Assembly: GCA_963848035.1 (NCBI GenBank)
Contig: CAWKCD010000001.1
Coordinates: 1,931,908 to 1,995,907 of the forward strand
Length of the DNA: 64,000 nt
DNA from: an uncultured Alphaproteobacteria bacterium
Lineage (GTDB): Bacteria > Pseudomonadota > Alphaproteobacteria > Acetobacterales > Acetobacteraceae
Reading direction: 5' to 3'
Shown piece after piece: positions 39,560 to 49,583 of this stretch; within the stretch, counting starts at the first letter, position 1, and each line of letters opens with the position of its first letter. A program made the translations under genes and the position numbers. The notes beneath the pieces were generated by a model. The model was not told the origin of the DNA, did not search any database, and saw only the letters and a list, made by a program, of their open reading frames with translations.

Positions 39560-41061
39560 TGGACGGGTCGTTGCCCCCTCCCGAGGACGTCGCCGGCGGG
39601 TGCCATGGCGGGCGCGAGACCATGCTGTCCGCGGCGCGGGCGGCAGGGAAGAGCGCGGTGTTGGACCGGCTCGCGAGCGACTATCCGCAGGGGCCGCACG
39701 ACCAGCCGCAATCGATGTGCCCGGCGTTCGGGTCGTTGCGGGTGGGGCTGCGGATGCGGCGGGTCGCGACGATCCTGTGCGGGTCTGCTTGTTGCGTCTA
39801 CGGACTGACATTCACGTCGCATTTCTATGGGGCGCGGCGGACGGTCGGATACGTTCCGTTCAACTCGGAGACGCTGGTCCGCGGGCAGCTCTATGAGGAC
39901 ATCCGGGACGCGGTCTATTCGATCGCGAAGCCGGCGGATTACGACGCCGTCGTGGTGATCAACCTATGCGTGCCGACCGCGTCCGGCGTGCCGCTGGACC
40001 GGTTGCCGAAGCAGATCGACGGTGTGCGGATCATCGGGATCGACGTGCCCGGGTTCGGCGTGCCGACGCATGCCGAGGCCAAGGACGTGTTGGCCGGGGC
40101 GATGCTGAAGTTCGCCCGTCTCGAAGCGGAGCAGGGACCGGTGGCGCGGCCGCGGAATGCGAGCGAGCTGCCGACGATCGCGTTGCTGGGAGAGATGTTC
40201 CCGGCGGATCCGCCGGGGGTGGGGGCGCTCATCGCGCCGATGGGACTTGCGTTGGCGCCGCCGACGCCGGCCCGGGAGTGGCGCGACCTGTATGGCGCGC
40301 TGGATTGCACGGCGGTGGCCGCGGTGCATCCGTTCTACACGGCGTCGATCCGGGAGTTCTTGCAGGCAGGGCGACCGGTGGTGGGTTCCGGCCCGGTGGG
40401 CGTGGATGGCACGGCCGATTGGCTCGATGCGATCGCCCGGGTGGCCGGCGTGGCGGCCAGCAAGCTCGACGAGGCGAAGGCGCGATCGCTGACAGCGATC
40501 CGCGCCGCCTTGAAGGCGAGCCCGATCTCCGCCCGGATCACCCTGTCCGGGTACGAGGGTTCGGAGCTGCTGGCCGCGCGCCTTCTGATCGAGGCGGGGG
40601 CAGAGATCCCGTACGTCGGGACGGCCTGCCCGCGGACGGAGTGGAGCGAGGCGGATGCCGCCTGGCTCGAGGCGCACGGGGCGCATGTGCAGTTCCGGGC
40701 GTCGCTCGAGCAGGACACCGAGGCGATGATGGAGGTCCGGCCGGATCTGGCGGTGGGGACGACGCCGCTGGTGCAGAAGGCCAAGGAGATGGGCATTCCG
40801 GCGCTGTATTTCACCAACATGGTGTCGGCGCGGCCGCTGTTCGGGGCGGCGGGTGCAGGCGCGCTGGCGGCGATCGTGGCGGCGCAGACGCGAAATGCCG
40901 AGCGGTTCGGGCGGATGGTGTCGTTCTTCCAGGGCGTCGGCACGGGCGAGGCGGCGGGATACGGCAGCGAGGGCGTGCCGGTAGAGCCGAAGGGGTTCCG
41001 CGAGCGGCAGCGCAAGCAGCGGTTGGCGAAGGCGAAGTCGGAAGAGGCGGTGGGGACGTAG
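39559..41061 (+). CDS. bchY: chlorophyllide a reductase subunit Y
   Basis: NifD-like with PHDQPQSMCPAFGSLRVGLRMRR and LCGSACCVYGLTF; GTG 39559 overlaps the bchX stop. Confidence 0.9.
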   Translation: MDGSLPPPEDVAGGCHGGRETMLSAARAAGKSAVLDRLASDYPQGPHDQPQSMCPAFGSLRVGLRMRRVATILCGSACCVYGLTFTSHFYGARRTVGYVPFNSETLVRGQLYEDIRDAVYSIAKPADYDAVVVINLCVPTASGVPLDRLPKQIDGVRIIGIDVPGFGVPTHAEAKDVLAGAMLKFARLEAEQGPVARPRNASELPTIALLGEMFPADPPGVGALIAPMGLALAPPTPAREWRDLYGALDCTAVAAVHPFYTASIREFLQAGRPVVGSGPVGVDGTADWLDAIARVAGVAASKLDEAKARSLTAIRAALKASPISARITLSGYEGSELLAARLLIEAGAEIPYVGTACPRTEWSEADAAWLEAHGAHVQFRASLEQDTEAMMEVRPDLAVGTTPLVQKAKEMGIPALYFTNMVSARPLFGAAGAGALAAIVAAQTRNAERFGRMVSFFQGVGTGEAAGYGSEGVPVEPKGFRERQRKQRLAKAKSEEAVGT

Positions 41062-42519
41062 ATGCTCGTTCTCGATCATGACCGGGCGGGCGGGTATTGG
41101 GGCGCGGTCTATGCGTTCACGGCGATCCGCGGATTGCGGGTGGTCATCGACGGGCCGGTCGGGTGCGAGAACCTGCCGGTGACGGCGGTGCTGCACTACA
41201 CGGACGGGCTGCCGCCGCATGAGTTGCCGATCGTGGTGACGGGGCTTTCGGAAGAGAGCCTGTCGATGACGGGGACGGAGGGCGCGCTGCGCCGGGCTGC
41301 GGCGACGCAGGATCCGGATCTGCCGGCGGTGGTGGTCACGGGCAGTATTGCCGAGATGATCGGCGGCGGGGTGACGCCGGAGGGGAGCAACCTGCTGCGG
41401 TTCATTCCGCGGACGATCGATGAGGATCAGTGGCAGGCCGCTGATCGGGCGATCTATTGGCTTTGGAGCGAGTTCGGGCAGAAGCGCGCAAAGAAAGGAC
41501 CGCGGGTTCGCAAGGAAGGCGAGAAGCCGCGGGTCAACATCATCGGGCCGATCTACGGCACGTTCAACATGCCGTCCGACTTGGCCGAGATCAGGCGGCT
41601 GGTCGAGGGGATCGGGTGCGAGATCAACCTGGTGTTCCCGCTGGGCTCGCATGTGGACGACATCGGCAAGCTGCCGAATGCGGACGTGAACATCTGCATG
41701 TACCGCGAGTTCGGGCGCCTGCTGTGCGAGGAGCTGGACCGGCCGTATCTGCAGGCGCCGATCGGGCTGTTCGCGACGACGAATTTCCTGCGGGCTTTGG
41801 GCGAGCTGGTGGGGCTCGATCCGGAGCCGTTCATCGAGCGTGAGAAGCACACGACGATCAAGCCGCTATGGGACCTCTGGCGGTCGGTCACGCAGGACTT
41901 TTTCTCGAGCGCCTCGTTCGCGGTCGTTGCGACCAAGACCTACGAGCGGGGGTTGGTTGGGTTCCTCGAAGGGGAGCTGGGGCTGCCGTGCACGTTCCAT
42001 TTCGGGCGCAGCGCGGGGGAGAAGCCGGACAACCAGGCGGTGCGGGAGGCGATGCGGACCAAGCCGCCGTTCATCCTGTATGGGTCGTACAACGAGCGGA
42101 TGTATGCGGCCGAGTTGGGCGCGCGGTGTCAGTACATACCGGCGTCATTCCCCGGGGCGGCGATCCGGCGGGCAACGGGCACGCCCTACATGGGCTACGC
42201 GGGCGCGACTTACATCGTGCAGGAACTTTGCAATGCGTTGTTCGACGCGCTGTTCCACATCCTGCCGCTCGGCACGGAGATGGACAAAGTCGATCCGACG
42301 CCGGTGCAGCAGCAGGATTGGAACACGACGCCGTGGGACGACGCGGCGGTCGGGCTGCTGGACGAGCATGTGGAGCGCGAGCCTTTCCTGGTGCGGATCT
42401 CGGCGGCCAAGCGGATGCGGGAACGGGTCGAGCAGGCGGCGCGGGATTCCCGGGAGGGGCGGGTGACGGTGGAGCGCGTCAGGCGCTCGCTCGGCGCGCT
42501 CACGGAGCCGGTGGCGTGA
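41062..42519 (+). CDS. bchZ: chlorophyllide a reductase subunit Z
   Basis: NifK-like with [19 protein letters not shown] and [11 protein letters not shown]; starts immediately after the bchY stop. Confidence 0.95.
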   Translation: MLVLDHDRAGGYWGAVYAFTAIRGLRVVIDGPVGCENLPVTAVLHYTDGLPPHELPIVVTGLSEESLSMTGTEGALRRAAATQDPDLPAVVVTGSIAEMIGGGVTPEGSNLLRFIPRTIDEDQWQAADRAIYWLWSEFGQKRAKKGPRVRKEGEKPRVNIIGPIYGTFNMPSDLAEIRRLVEGIGCEINLVFPLGSHVDDIGKLPNADVNICMYREFGRLLCEELDRPYLQAPIGLFATTNFLRALGELVGLDPEPFIEREKHTTIKPLWDLWRSVTQDFFSSASFAVVATKTYERGLVGFLEGELGLPCTFHFGRSAGEKPDNQAVREAMRTKPPFILYGSYNERMYAAELGARCQYIPASFPGAAIRRATGTPYMGYAGATYIVQELCNALFDALFHILPLGTEMDKVDPTPVQQQDWNTTPWDDAAVGLLDEHVEREPFLVRISAAKRMRERVEQAARDSREGRVTVERVRRSLGALTEPVA

Positions 42520-42645
42520 GCCACGACACGATCGCTGCGGGATCACCGAGGATCCTGCAGCCACGACCCGCGGCGGCGGACGCCACGGTGAACCCCGGCC
42601 GCGGGGGGTATGCGCGGTCATCAACGGTACGGAGGTACCAACAAC

Positions 42646-42870
42646 ATGTCGGATGTCCAACTTCGAACAGGGTCCACTTCGGGCCTGACCGACTCGGAAG
42701 CGCGTGAGTTCCACAGCATCTTCGTGACGAGCTTTATGATCTTCACGGCCGTTGCGGTTGTCGCGCACATCCTGGTCTGGATCTGGCGGCCATGGCTGCC
42801 GGGTGCAAACGGCTACACGACTTCGATGCTGACGGACGGGCTTTCCGCCGTCCAAACATTCTTGACCTAG
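42646..42870 (+). CDS. pufB: light-harvesting 1 beta polypeptide with a 24-residue C-terminal extension
   Basis: [14 protein letters not shown]...[14 protein letters not shown]; GGAGG upstream of ATG 42646. Confidence 0.9.
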   Translation: MSDVQLRTGSTSGLTDSEAREFHSIFVTSFMIFTAVAVVAHILVWIWRPWLPGANGYTTSMLTDGLSAVQTFLT

Positions 42871-42881
42871 GAGGACCGACC

Positions 42882-43079
42882 ATGTGGCGCGTTTGGCTGC
42901 TATTCGATCCGCGTCGGGCCTTGGTGGCGCTGTTCACCTTCCTGTTCGTGCTCGCATTGCTGATTCACTTCATCCTGCTCAGCACGAGCCGGTTCAATTG
43001 GCTCGAAGGCCCGGCACGTGCCGGCGCGATGTCGCAAATGGCACCGCTTCCGGGCGGGGCACCGGCTCCAGCGAAGTAG
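42882..43079 (+). CDS. pufA: light-harvesting 1 alpha polypeptide with an Ala/Pro-rich C-terminal tail
   Basis: [40 protein letters not shown]; AGGAGGA upstream of the start. Confidence 0.9.
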   Translation: MWRVWLLFDPRRALVALFTFLFVLALLIHFILLSTSRFNWLEGPARAGAMSQMAPLPGGAPAPAK

Positions 43080-43091
43080 CGGAGACGGCAC

Positions 43092-43131
43092 GGTGGCGAG
43101 GGCCGGCACGGTTTGGCCGGCTCGCGCCACC
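43092..43131 (+). promoter_or_regulatory. pufA-pufL intercistronic stem-loop (mRNA stability element type)
   Basis: GGTGGCG-A-G-GGCCGGC / loop ACGGTTTG / GCCGGC-T-C-G-CGCCACC, about 15 paired positions folded by hand, directly after the pufA stop. Confidence 0.6.
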
Positions 43132-43151
43132 ATCCTTTGGAGTTCCAAGTC

Positions 43152-43976
43152 ATGTCCATGCTGACGTTCGAAGAGAAATACCGTGTTCGGGGCGGGACCC
43201 TGGTCGGCGGTGATCTGTTTGACTTCTGGGTGGGGCCTTTCTACGTCGGCTTCTTCGGCGTCACGACGATCTTCTTCAGCTTGATCGGCACGCTGTTGAT
43301 CATCTACGGCGCAGCAATCGGCCCGACCTGGAACATCTGGGCGATCAACATCCCGCCGCCGGACCTCTCGGTCGGGCTCGGCTTCGCGCCGCTGCGGGAG
43401 GGTGGCTTGTGGCAGATCATCACGATCTGCGCGATCGGCGCGTTCGTGTCATGGGCGCTGCGGCAGGCGGAGATCTCGCGCAAGCTTGGCATGGGGTATC
43501 ACGTCCCGGTGGCCTACGGCGTCGCGGTGTTCGCCTACGTCACGCTGGTGGTGATCCGGCCGGTGCTGATGGGCGCTTGGGGGCATGGGTTCCCGTACGG
43601 GATCCTCAGCCATCTCGATTGGGTTTCGAACACCGGCTACCAGTATCTGCACTTCCATTACAATCCGGCGCACATGCTGGCGGTGAGCTTCTTCTTCACC
43701 ACGGTGCTGGCGTTGTCGATGCATGGCGGGCTGGTGCTGTCAGCGGTCAATCCGCCGAAGGGTGAGGCTGTCAAGACGGCCGAGCACGAGAACACGTTCT
43801 TCCGCGACACGATCGGCTGGTCGATCGGCACGCTGGGCGTGCACCGGCTGGGCCTGTTCCTGGCGCTGTCGGCCGGGTTCTGGAGCGCGGTGTGCATCGT
43901 GATCAGCGGCCCGTTCTGGACGCGCGGCTGGCCGGAATGGTGGGGCTGGTGGCTCAACCTGCCGATCTGGAAATAA
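43152..43976 (+). CDS. pufL: photosynthetic reaction centre L subunit
   Basis: [45 protein letters not shown]. Confidence 0.95.
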   Translation: MSMLTFEEKYRVRGGTLVGGDLFDFWVGPFYVGFFGVTTIFFSLIGTLLIIYGAAIGPTWNIWAINIPPPDLSVGLGFAPLREGGLWQIITICAIGAFVSWALRQAEISRKLGMGYHVPVAYGVAVFAYVTLVVIRPVLMGAWGHGFPYGILSHLDWVSNTGYQYLHFHYNPAHMLAVSFFFTTVLALSMHGGLVLSAVNPPKGEAVKTAEHENTFFRDTIGWSIGTLGVHRLGLFLALSAGFWSAVCIVISGPFWTRGWPEWWGWWLNLPIWK

Positions 43977-44006
43977 GACTGACGAAAGGGTTGGGGGGAG
44001 CGAACC

Positions 44007-44984
44007 ATGGCTCAATACCAAAACATCTTCACCCGCGTGCAGGTTCGCGGCCCCGCCTATGCCGGTGTGCCGCTGGCGACGACGGGTTGGAAGCGGACCG
44101 GCAAACCGTTTTTCCTGCATCTGTTCGGCAAGCTGGGCGATGCGCAGGTAGGGCCGATCTACCTGGGTGCGAGCGGGATCGCGTCGATCCTGTTCGGATT
44201 GGCGGCGTTCGAGATCATCGGGCTCAACATGTGGGCTTCGGTGAACTGGGATATCGTCCAGTTCATCCGGCAGCTGCCGTGGCTGGCGCTCGAGCCGCCG
44301 GCGCCGGGCTATGGGATACGCCTGTTCCCGCCGCTCGCGCAGGGCGGCTGGTGGTTGATGGCCGGGTTCTTTCTGACGGTCTCGATCGCGCTCTGGTGGT
44401 ATCGGGTCTGGTCGCGGGCACGGGCGCTCGGGATGGGGACCCATGTGGCGTGGGCATTCGCGGCGGCGATCTGGCTGTATTTCGTGTGCGGTTTCCTGCG
44501 GCCGTTGCTGATGGGGAGCTGGGCCGAGGCGGTGCCGTTCGGGATCTTTCCGCACCTCGATTGGACGGCGTCGCTGTCGATCCGCTACGGCAACCTGTTC
44601 TACAACCCGTTCCACATGCTCTCGATCGTGTTCCTGTATGGCTCGACGCTGCTGTTCGCCATGCATGGCGCGACCGTGCTGGCGACCAGCCGGTTCGGGG
44701 CCGAGCGTGAGATCGAACAGATCCTCGATCGCGGAACCGCGTTCGAACGTGGTGCGCTGTTCTGGCGCTGGACGATGGGCTTCTGCGCTACGGCGGAGTC
44801 GATCCATCGCTGGGCCTGGTGGTTCGCCGTGCTGTGCCCGATCACCGGCGGGATCGGGATCCTGCTGACCGGGACGGTGGTGGACAACTGGTTCCTGTGG
44901 GGCGTCAAGCACTCGATCATCCCGCCCTATCCGCAGATGTGGGGGCCGATCATCGACCCGCTGACGACGGGAGCGGCACAATGA
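44007..44984 (+). CDS. pufM: photosynthetic reaction centre M subunit
   Basis: [42 protein letters not shown]. Confidence 0.95.
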   Translation: MAQYQNIFTRVQVRGPAYAGVPLATTGWKRTGKPFFLHLFGKLGDAQVGPIYLGASGIASILFGLAAFEIIGLNMWASVNWDIVQFIRQLPWLALEPPAPGYGIRLFPPLAQGGWWLMAGFFLTVSIALWWYRVWSRARALGMGTHVAWAFAAAIWLYFVCGFLRPLLMGSWAEAVPFGIFPHLDWTASLSIRYGNLFYNPFHMLSIVFLYGSTLLFAMHGATVLATSRFGAEREIEQILDRGTAFERGALFWRWTMGFCATAESIHRWAWWFAVLCPITGGIGILLTGTVVDNWFLWGVKHSIIPPYPQMWGPIIDPLTTGAAQ

Positions 44985-46054
44985 GCGACGCCACGGAGAC
45001 GTTCCTGTCGCGCAAGCTCGGTCCGACGCTGGGGATTGCGCAGGCCCTCATCCTGGTGGGGGCCGTGGCGGCGGCGCTGATGACGGTGGTGATCGTCATG
45101 AGCTTCGACCGTCCGCAACCGACGACGATCCAGCACGGGTTTCGCGGGACCGCGATGGGACTGGTGTACAACCCGCGCGAGGTGAAGGCGTATCTGGCGG
45201 CCAATCAGATCCCGGCGTCGCTGCCGCAACTTCCGGCGGCGGGGCCGAAGGCAGGCGCGGTCTATAAGAACGTGCAGGTGTTGCAGAACCTGAGCGTGGG
45301 CCAGTTCACCCGTCTCATGGCCTCCATCACGACGTGGGTCGCGCCGCAGGCCGGCTGCGCCTACTGCCACAACACCGCGAACATGGCCGACGACAGCCTC
45401 TACACCAAGGTCGTGGCCCGGCGGATGATCCAGATGACGCAGCACATCAATGCTGACTGGAAACCGCACGTCGCGGCGACGGGGGTCACCTGCTACACCT
45501 GCCATCGCGGGATGCCGGTGCCGGCGAACATCTGGTTCACCGACCCGCTGCCGGTTCGGTTCCAGGGCATGGCGGAGACACAGACCGGGTTGGGGCATCC
45601 GACCAAGCCGATCGGCGAGAGCTCGCTGCCGTATGACCCGTTCACGCCGTTCCTGCAGAACGCGTCCAACATCCGGGTCCAGGCGGAGCAGGCGCTGCCG
45701 GGGACGGACCGGCACTCGATCTTCGAGACCGAGTGGACCTATGCGTTGATGATCCACTTCTCACAGTCGTTGGGGGTGAACTGCACCTACTGCCACAACT
45801 CCCGCGCTTTCGGAGACTGGTCGCAGAGCACGCCGCAGCGTGTCACGGCATGGCACGGCATCCAGATGGTCCGAGACGTCAACAACAGCTATCTGATGTC
45901 GCTGAACGGCGTGTTCCCGCCGGCCCGGTTGGGACCGCACGGGGACGTGCCGAAGGTCAACTGCGCAACCTGTCACAACGGCGTCTACAAGCCGCTGTTC
46001 GGGGTCAGCATGGTGACGACGTTCCCGGAGCTGCAGGGTCCGACGACGCCCTGA
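44981..46054 (+). CDS. pufC: reaction-centre tetraheme cytochrome c subunit
   Basis: Four CxxCH sites (CAYCH, CYTCH, CTYCH, CATCH), an N-terminal membrane anchor, ATGA overlap with pufM. Confidence 0.95.
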   Translation: MSDATETFLSRKLGPTLGIAQALILVGAVAAALMTVVIVMSFDRPQPTTIQHGFRGTAMGLVYNPREVKAYLAANQIPASLPQLPAAGPKAGAVYKNVQVLQNLSVGQFTRLMASITTWVAPQAGCAYCHNTANMADDSLYTKVVARRMIQMTQHINADWKPHVAATGVTCYTCHRGMPVPANIWFTDPLPVRFQGMAETQTGLGHPTKPIGESSLPYDPFTPFLQNASNIRVQAEQALPGTDRHSIFETEWTYALMIHFSQSLGVNCTYCHNSRAFGDWSQSTPQRVTAWHGIQMVRDVNNSYLMSLNGVFPPARLGPHGDVPKVNCATCHNGVYKPLFGVSMVTTFPELQGPTTP

Positions 46055-46073
46055 ACGGCCGCATTCCCGCACA

Positions 46074-46106
46074 CCCCGGTCCCGAAAGGGGCCGGGGTTT
46101 GCTTTT
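46074..46106 (+). terminator. rho-independent terminator after pufC
   Basis: CCCCGGTCCC-GAAA-GGGGCCGGGG followed by TTTGCTTTT. Confidence 0.7.
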
Positions 46107-46179
46107 AATGGGCCTGGTACATTGACAGCGCGAAGCTTGTTGGCAATTCAGATGCCATGATCGCCGCCGGAGACCGCTG

Positions 46180-47160
46180 ATGGATAGCCTCGAACTCAAC
46201 AAGGCCGCAGGCGCCGTGCTGCTCGCGGGGATTGCGTTCGTGGGCTCGGGCTTGCTGGGCAAAGCGCTCGTCGACCCGACCATGCCCGAGAAGGCGCATA
46301 TCGCGATCGCCGAGCCGCAGGCCGCTGCGACGCAGACGGCCGCGGCGCCGGAGCCGCCGATCAGCGTGCTGCTGGCGTCGGCCAGCGCGCAGGATGGTGA
46401 GAACCTGGTCAAGGCGCAGGGCTGCGTCGCCTGCCATAGCTTCAACAAGGGCGGCAAGGCAGGGGTCGGACCGAACCTCTACGGCGTGGTCGGTGCGCCG
46501 CACGGGCATATGGAGGGGTATCAGTACAGCTCGGTGCTCAAGGGCAAGCAGGGGCCCTGGACGTTTGCGGCGCTCAACGAGTGGCTGACGAAGCCGAGCG
46601 CGTATGCCCCGGGCACAAAGATGAGCTATGCCGGGCTGTCGGACCCGAAGAAGCGCGCCGACATCATCGAATATTTGCGAACGGATGCGGATACGCCCGA
46701 GGCGAAGCCGACGCCGACTGCCGCCGAACAGGCTGCAGCGCAGCAGAAGCCTGCTCCCGCAGCGGCGGCGGGTGCGCCGGCCGGCGGCGCGCCGGAGCCG
46801 ATCGAGGCTCGGCTTGCCTCTGCCGATCCGGCCGCAGGCGAGGCGGACACGAAGAAGCTGGGCTGCGTGGCCTGTCACAGCTTCAACGAGGGCGGTAAGG
46901 CCGGGATCGGCCCCAACCTCTACAGCGTGGTGGGTGCGCCGCACGGCCACATGGACGGGTATGCCTATTCGACGGCTCTGAAAGCCAAGCAGGGCCCCTG
47001 GACGTTCGCGGCGCTCGACGAGTGGCTGACCAAGCCGGCGGCCTATGCGCCCGGGACGAAGATGACGTTCGCCGGCGTGAGCAATCCAAAGGAGCGGGCC
47101 GACATCATCGACTACCTGCGCACGCTGGCGAAGACACCGGAGCCGCTTCCGGCAAAATAG
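46180..47160 (+). CDS. membrane-anchored class I cytochrome c (CycM / cytochrome cy-like) with a duplicated heme domain (diheme)
   Basis: Anchor MDSLELNKAAGAVLLAGIAFVGSGLLG. Two CVACHS heme sites, each followed by GPNLY...PGTKM..AG...R.DII.YLRT, separated by Ala/Pro linkers. Confidence 0.85.
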   Translation: MDSLELNKAAGAVLLAGIAFVGSGLLGKALVDPTMPEKAHIAIAEPQAAATQTAAAPEPPISVLLASASAQDGENLVKAQGCVACHSFNKGGKAGVGPNLYGVVGAPHGHMEGYQYSSVLKGKQGPWTFAALNEWLTKPSAYAPGTKMSYAGLSDPKKRADIIEYLRTDADTPEAKPTPTAAEQAAAQQKPAPAAAAGAPAGGAPEPIEARLASADPAAGEADTKKLGCVACHSFNEGGKAGIGPNLYSVVGAPHGHMDGYAYSTALKAKQGPWTFAALDEWLTKPAAYAPGTKMTFAGVSNPKERADIIDYLRTLAKTPEPLPAK

Positions 47161-47175
47161 CGGCAGCGGTCAAAG

Positions 47176-47213
47176 AAAAAGGCCGGCACATAGCGTGCCG
47201 GCCTTTCCTATTT
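47176..47213. terminator. bidirectional terminator between the convergent cytochrome c and HiPIP genes
   Basis: AAAAA-GGCCGGCAC-ATAGC-GTGCCGGCC-TTTCCTATTT. Confidence 0.75.
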
Positions 47214-47221
47214 GGGGGTCG

Positions 47222-47482
47222 TCAGCCTTCCTTGGGGGCGTAGGCGACGCACCAACCCTTAGGGTTGATGTTCCCGGACACGATCTTGCACTGGTTCGGT
47301 GCGACCCAGTTCACGCATTTGTCGCACTCGTTACCGTCCTTCGGCGTCTCTTGATATTGGACCACGTTGGGCGCGAGCTTCTCCTGCGCCTGTGCGGTCC
47401 GTGTGCCCACCGCGAGCGCGGCGGCGCCGATGCCTACTCCAACGAGGCCTCGAAGTGCTGCGCGGCGATCCTTGTCAACCAT
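47222..47482 (-). CDS. high-potential iron-sulfur protein (HiPIP) with Tat signal
   Basis: MVDKDRRAALRGLVGVGIGAAALAVGTRTAQA leader. Cys pattern C-DK-C...NQC...GWC..Y. GGGAGAG SD before ATG 47482. Confidence 0.85.
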   Translation of the reverse strand: MVDKDRRAALRGLVGVGIGAAALAVGTRTAQAQEKLAPNVVQYQETPKDGNECDKCVNWVAPNQCKIVSGNINPKGWCVAYAPKEG

Positions 47483-47563
47483 ACCGTCTCTCCCGTGTAG
47501 TTCCCATCTAGAGGGTAGGGAACATTGCTGCTCTGGCAAGAGCGCTGGACGACCGCTTTGGTT

Positions 47564-48775
47564 TCAGGCGGCGCGCTGCAGGCTCAGTTCGGACCATACA
47601 GCGGAGAGTGCGTCGACAAGATGGTCGATGTCGGCGTCCGTGTGCAGCGGGCCCGGACAGAAGCGTAGGCGCTCCGTGCCCCGCGGCACTGTCGGGTAGT
47701 TGATGGGCTGCACATAGATGCCGTAGCGGTCCATCAGCGTGTCGCTGACCTGCTTGCAGCGCTTCGGGTCTCCCACCATGACCGGGACGATGTGGCTCGG
47801 GTTGGCCATGTGCGGCAGCCCGGCGGTATCCAACGCGGCGCGGAGCTTGGCGGCGTTGCGCTGCTGCCCTTCGCGTTCGACGGTGCTGGATTTCAGATGA
47901 CGGACGGCGGCCAGGGCGCCGGCCGCGACGGCGGGCGGGATGGCGGTCGTGAAGATAAAGCCCGAGGCGTAGCTGCGGACGAAGTCGCAGACCGAGGCGG
48001 AGCCGGCGATGTAGCCGCCGATGACGCCGAAGCCCTTGGCGAGCGTGCCCTCGTAGACGGTGATGCGGTGGGCGACGCCTTCGCGCTCGGCGATGCCGCC
48101 GCCGCGGGGGCCGTACAGGCCCACGGCATGGACTTCATCGAGGTAGGTCATGGCGCCGTGCTTGTCGGCGACGTCGCAGATCTCGGCGATGGGAGCGATA
48201 TCGCCGTCCATGGAATAGACGGACTCGAAGGCGACGATCTTGGGGGCCGTCGGGTCGAGCTGGGAAAGCTTGCGGTCGAGGTCCTCTGGGTCATTGTGCT
48301 TCCAGAGGACTTTGTCGGCCCGGCTGTGGCGGATCCCCTCGATCATGGAGGCGTGGTTCCACTCGTCCGAGAGGATGGTGCAGCCGGGTAGGCGGCTGCC
48401 GAGGGTGGAGAGGGCCGCCCAGTTCGCCATGTAGCCGGAGTTGAACAGCAAGGCCGATTCGGCGCCGTGGAGGTCGGCGAGCTCTTCCTCGAGCAGGACG
48501 TGGTAGTGGTTGGTGCCGGCGATGTTGCGGGTGCCGCCGGCGCCGGCGCCGCAGCGGTCGAGCGCTTCGTGCATGGCCTGGAGCACGAGTGGGTGCTGGC
48601 CCATGCCGAGGTAGTCATTGGAGCACCAGACGGTCACCTCGCTGCGTTCGCGTTCGCGGGTGAAGGTAGCGCGGGGGAAGCTGCCGGCGCGGCGCTGCAG
48701 GTCCGCGAACACACGGTAGTTGCCCTCGCGACGGAGCCCGTCGAGTTCCTTACGGAAGAAGGATTCGTAATTCAT
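47564..48775 (-). CDS. hemA: 5-aminolevulinate synthase
   Basis: [24 protein letters not shown]-lysine context [23 protein letters not shown]. Confidence 0.95.
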   Translation of the reverse strand: MNYESFFRKELDGLRREGNYRVFADLQRRAGSFPRATFTRERERSEVTVWCSNDYLGMGQHPLVLQAMHEALDRCGAGAGGTRNIAGTNHYHVLLEEELADLHGAESALLFNSGYMANWAALSTLGSRLPGCTILSDEWNHASMIEGIRHSRADKVLWKHNDPEDLDRKLSQLDPTAPKIVAFESVYSMDGDIAPIAEICDVADKHGAMTYLDEVHAVGLYGPRGGGIAEREGVAHRITVYEGTLAKGFGVIGGYIAGSASVCDFVRSYASGFIFTTAIPPAVAAGALAAVRHLKSSTVEREGQQRNAAKLRAALDTAGLPHMANPSHIVPVMVGDPKRCKQVSDTLMDRYGIYVQPINYPTVPRGTERLRFCPGPLHTDADIDHLVDALSAVWSELSLQRAA

Positions 48776-49583
48776 TGGTGGCTCCGTGAGAGGTGTTGGT
48801 AGGACGGCCTCGGTTGAAATGTGGGCGGCGAAGGGTGAGGACCCAGCTCCAGAGCCGCTCGAACGGGAGCGGGAGAACCAGCATCCAATGCTCGAGCACC
48901 GCCAGCGCGAGCATGGTCACCAGGAAAGTGAGGCCGGCCGCCGCGCTTTCGCCAATACCGGGCTGGGCGGCCCGCATGGCCAGGAGGACGGCAACGACCG
49001 TGCCGACGGTGATCGACACCGGCAGCAGTCGGTTCATCGGTTTTTGGTCCATGTAGCTGCGCAGATACATCAGATGCGGTGGGATGAAGCGTTCGCCTAG
49101 GTTTCGCACCCCAAGGAACACGTTCAATTTCGCGCTTTGACGCATGCCCCAGAGGACCATGAAGGTCCAGGTGCCGACCTGGTTCGGCGCACCCCAGGTG
49201 GCGATGACGATGATTGCGGCGGTGGCGAGGATGGCGAGTTCGTGGTAAAGGCAGGCGGCGACACCGTCCTGGAAGCGCTCGCCGAGCGTGGCGTTGGGAC
49301 GGCAGGCTTCGCGGCGCGGACCGGTGACGAACCCCATGAAGAAGCTCATCTCCTGCCAGCCCCAGGCGAGGACGGCATAGGTGAACGCGGCGTAGACACC
49401 GGGGAGCGACGTGTCGCCGGCGCTGGCGTGGAGCCGGTAGAGCGAGACCGCGAAGATCGCGGTGCCGAACGACATGCTCCAGCGGAAGGTTCGCCGCGGC
49501 AGGTTGTCGAGCAAGATGATCACGCCGGTGCTGAACCACCAGACGAAGAGCGCGTAACCTGCAGCGGCGAGATCGACTGCCAT
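48750..49583 (-). CDS. puhE: photosynthetic complex assembly protein PuhE
   Basis: 277 aa, seven TM segments, [14 protein letters not shown]...[11 protein letters not shown] pattern; position between acsF and hemA. Confidence 0.8.
   Translation of the reverse strand: MAVDLAAAGYALFVWWFSTGVIILLDNLPRRTFRWSMSFGTAIFAVSLYRLHASAGDTSLPGVYAAFTYAVLAWGWQEMSFFMGFVTGPRREACRPNATLGERFQDGVAACLYHELAILATAAIIVIATWGAPNQVGTWTFMVLWGMRQSAKLNVFLGVRNLGERFIPPHLMYLRSYMDQKPMNRLLPVSITVGTVVAVLLAMRAAQPGIGESAAAGLTFLVTMLALAVLEHWMLVLPLPFERLWSWVLTLRRPHFNRGRPTNTSHGATNELRILLP

Noticed and set aside
42520-42645. A pufQ gene between bchZ and pufB
   Set aside because: The spacer is only 126 nt and has no ORF of suitable size or hydrophobic character. 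The overlapping ORF 41868..42707 is a shadow frame of bchZ.
46122-46150. A sigma-70-type promoter for the diheme cytochrome gene (TTGACA-N17-AATTCA)
   Set aside because: The -35 element is perfect but the -10 matches TATAAT at only 2 of 6 positions. Alphaproteobacterial promoters cannot be called reliably by eye.
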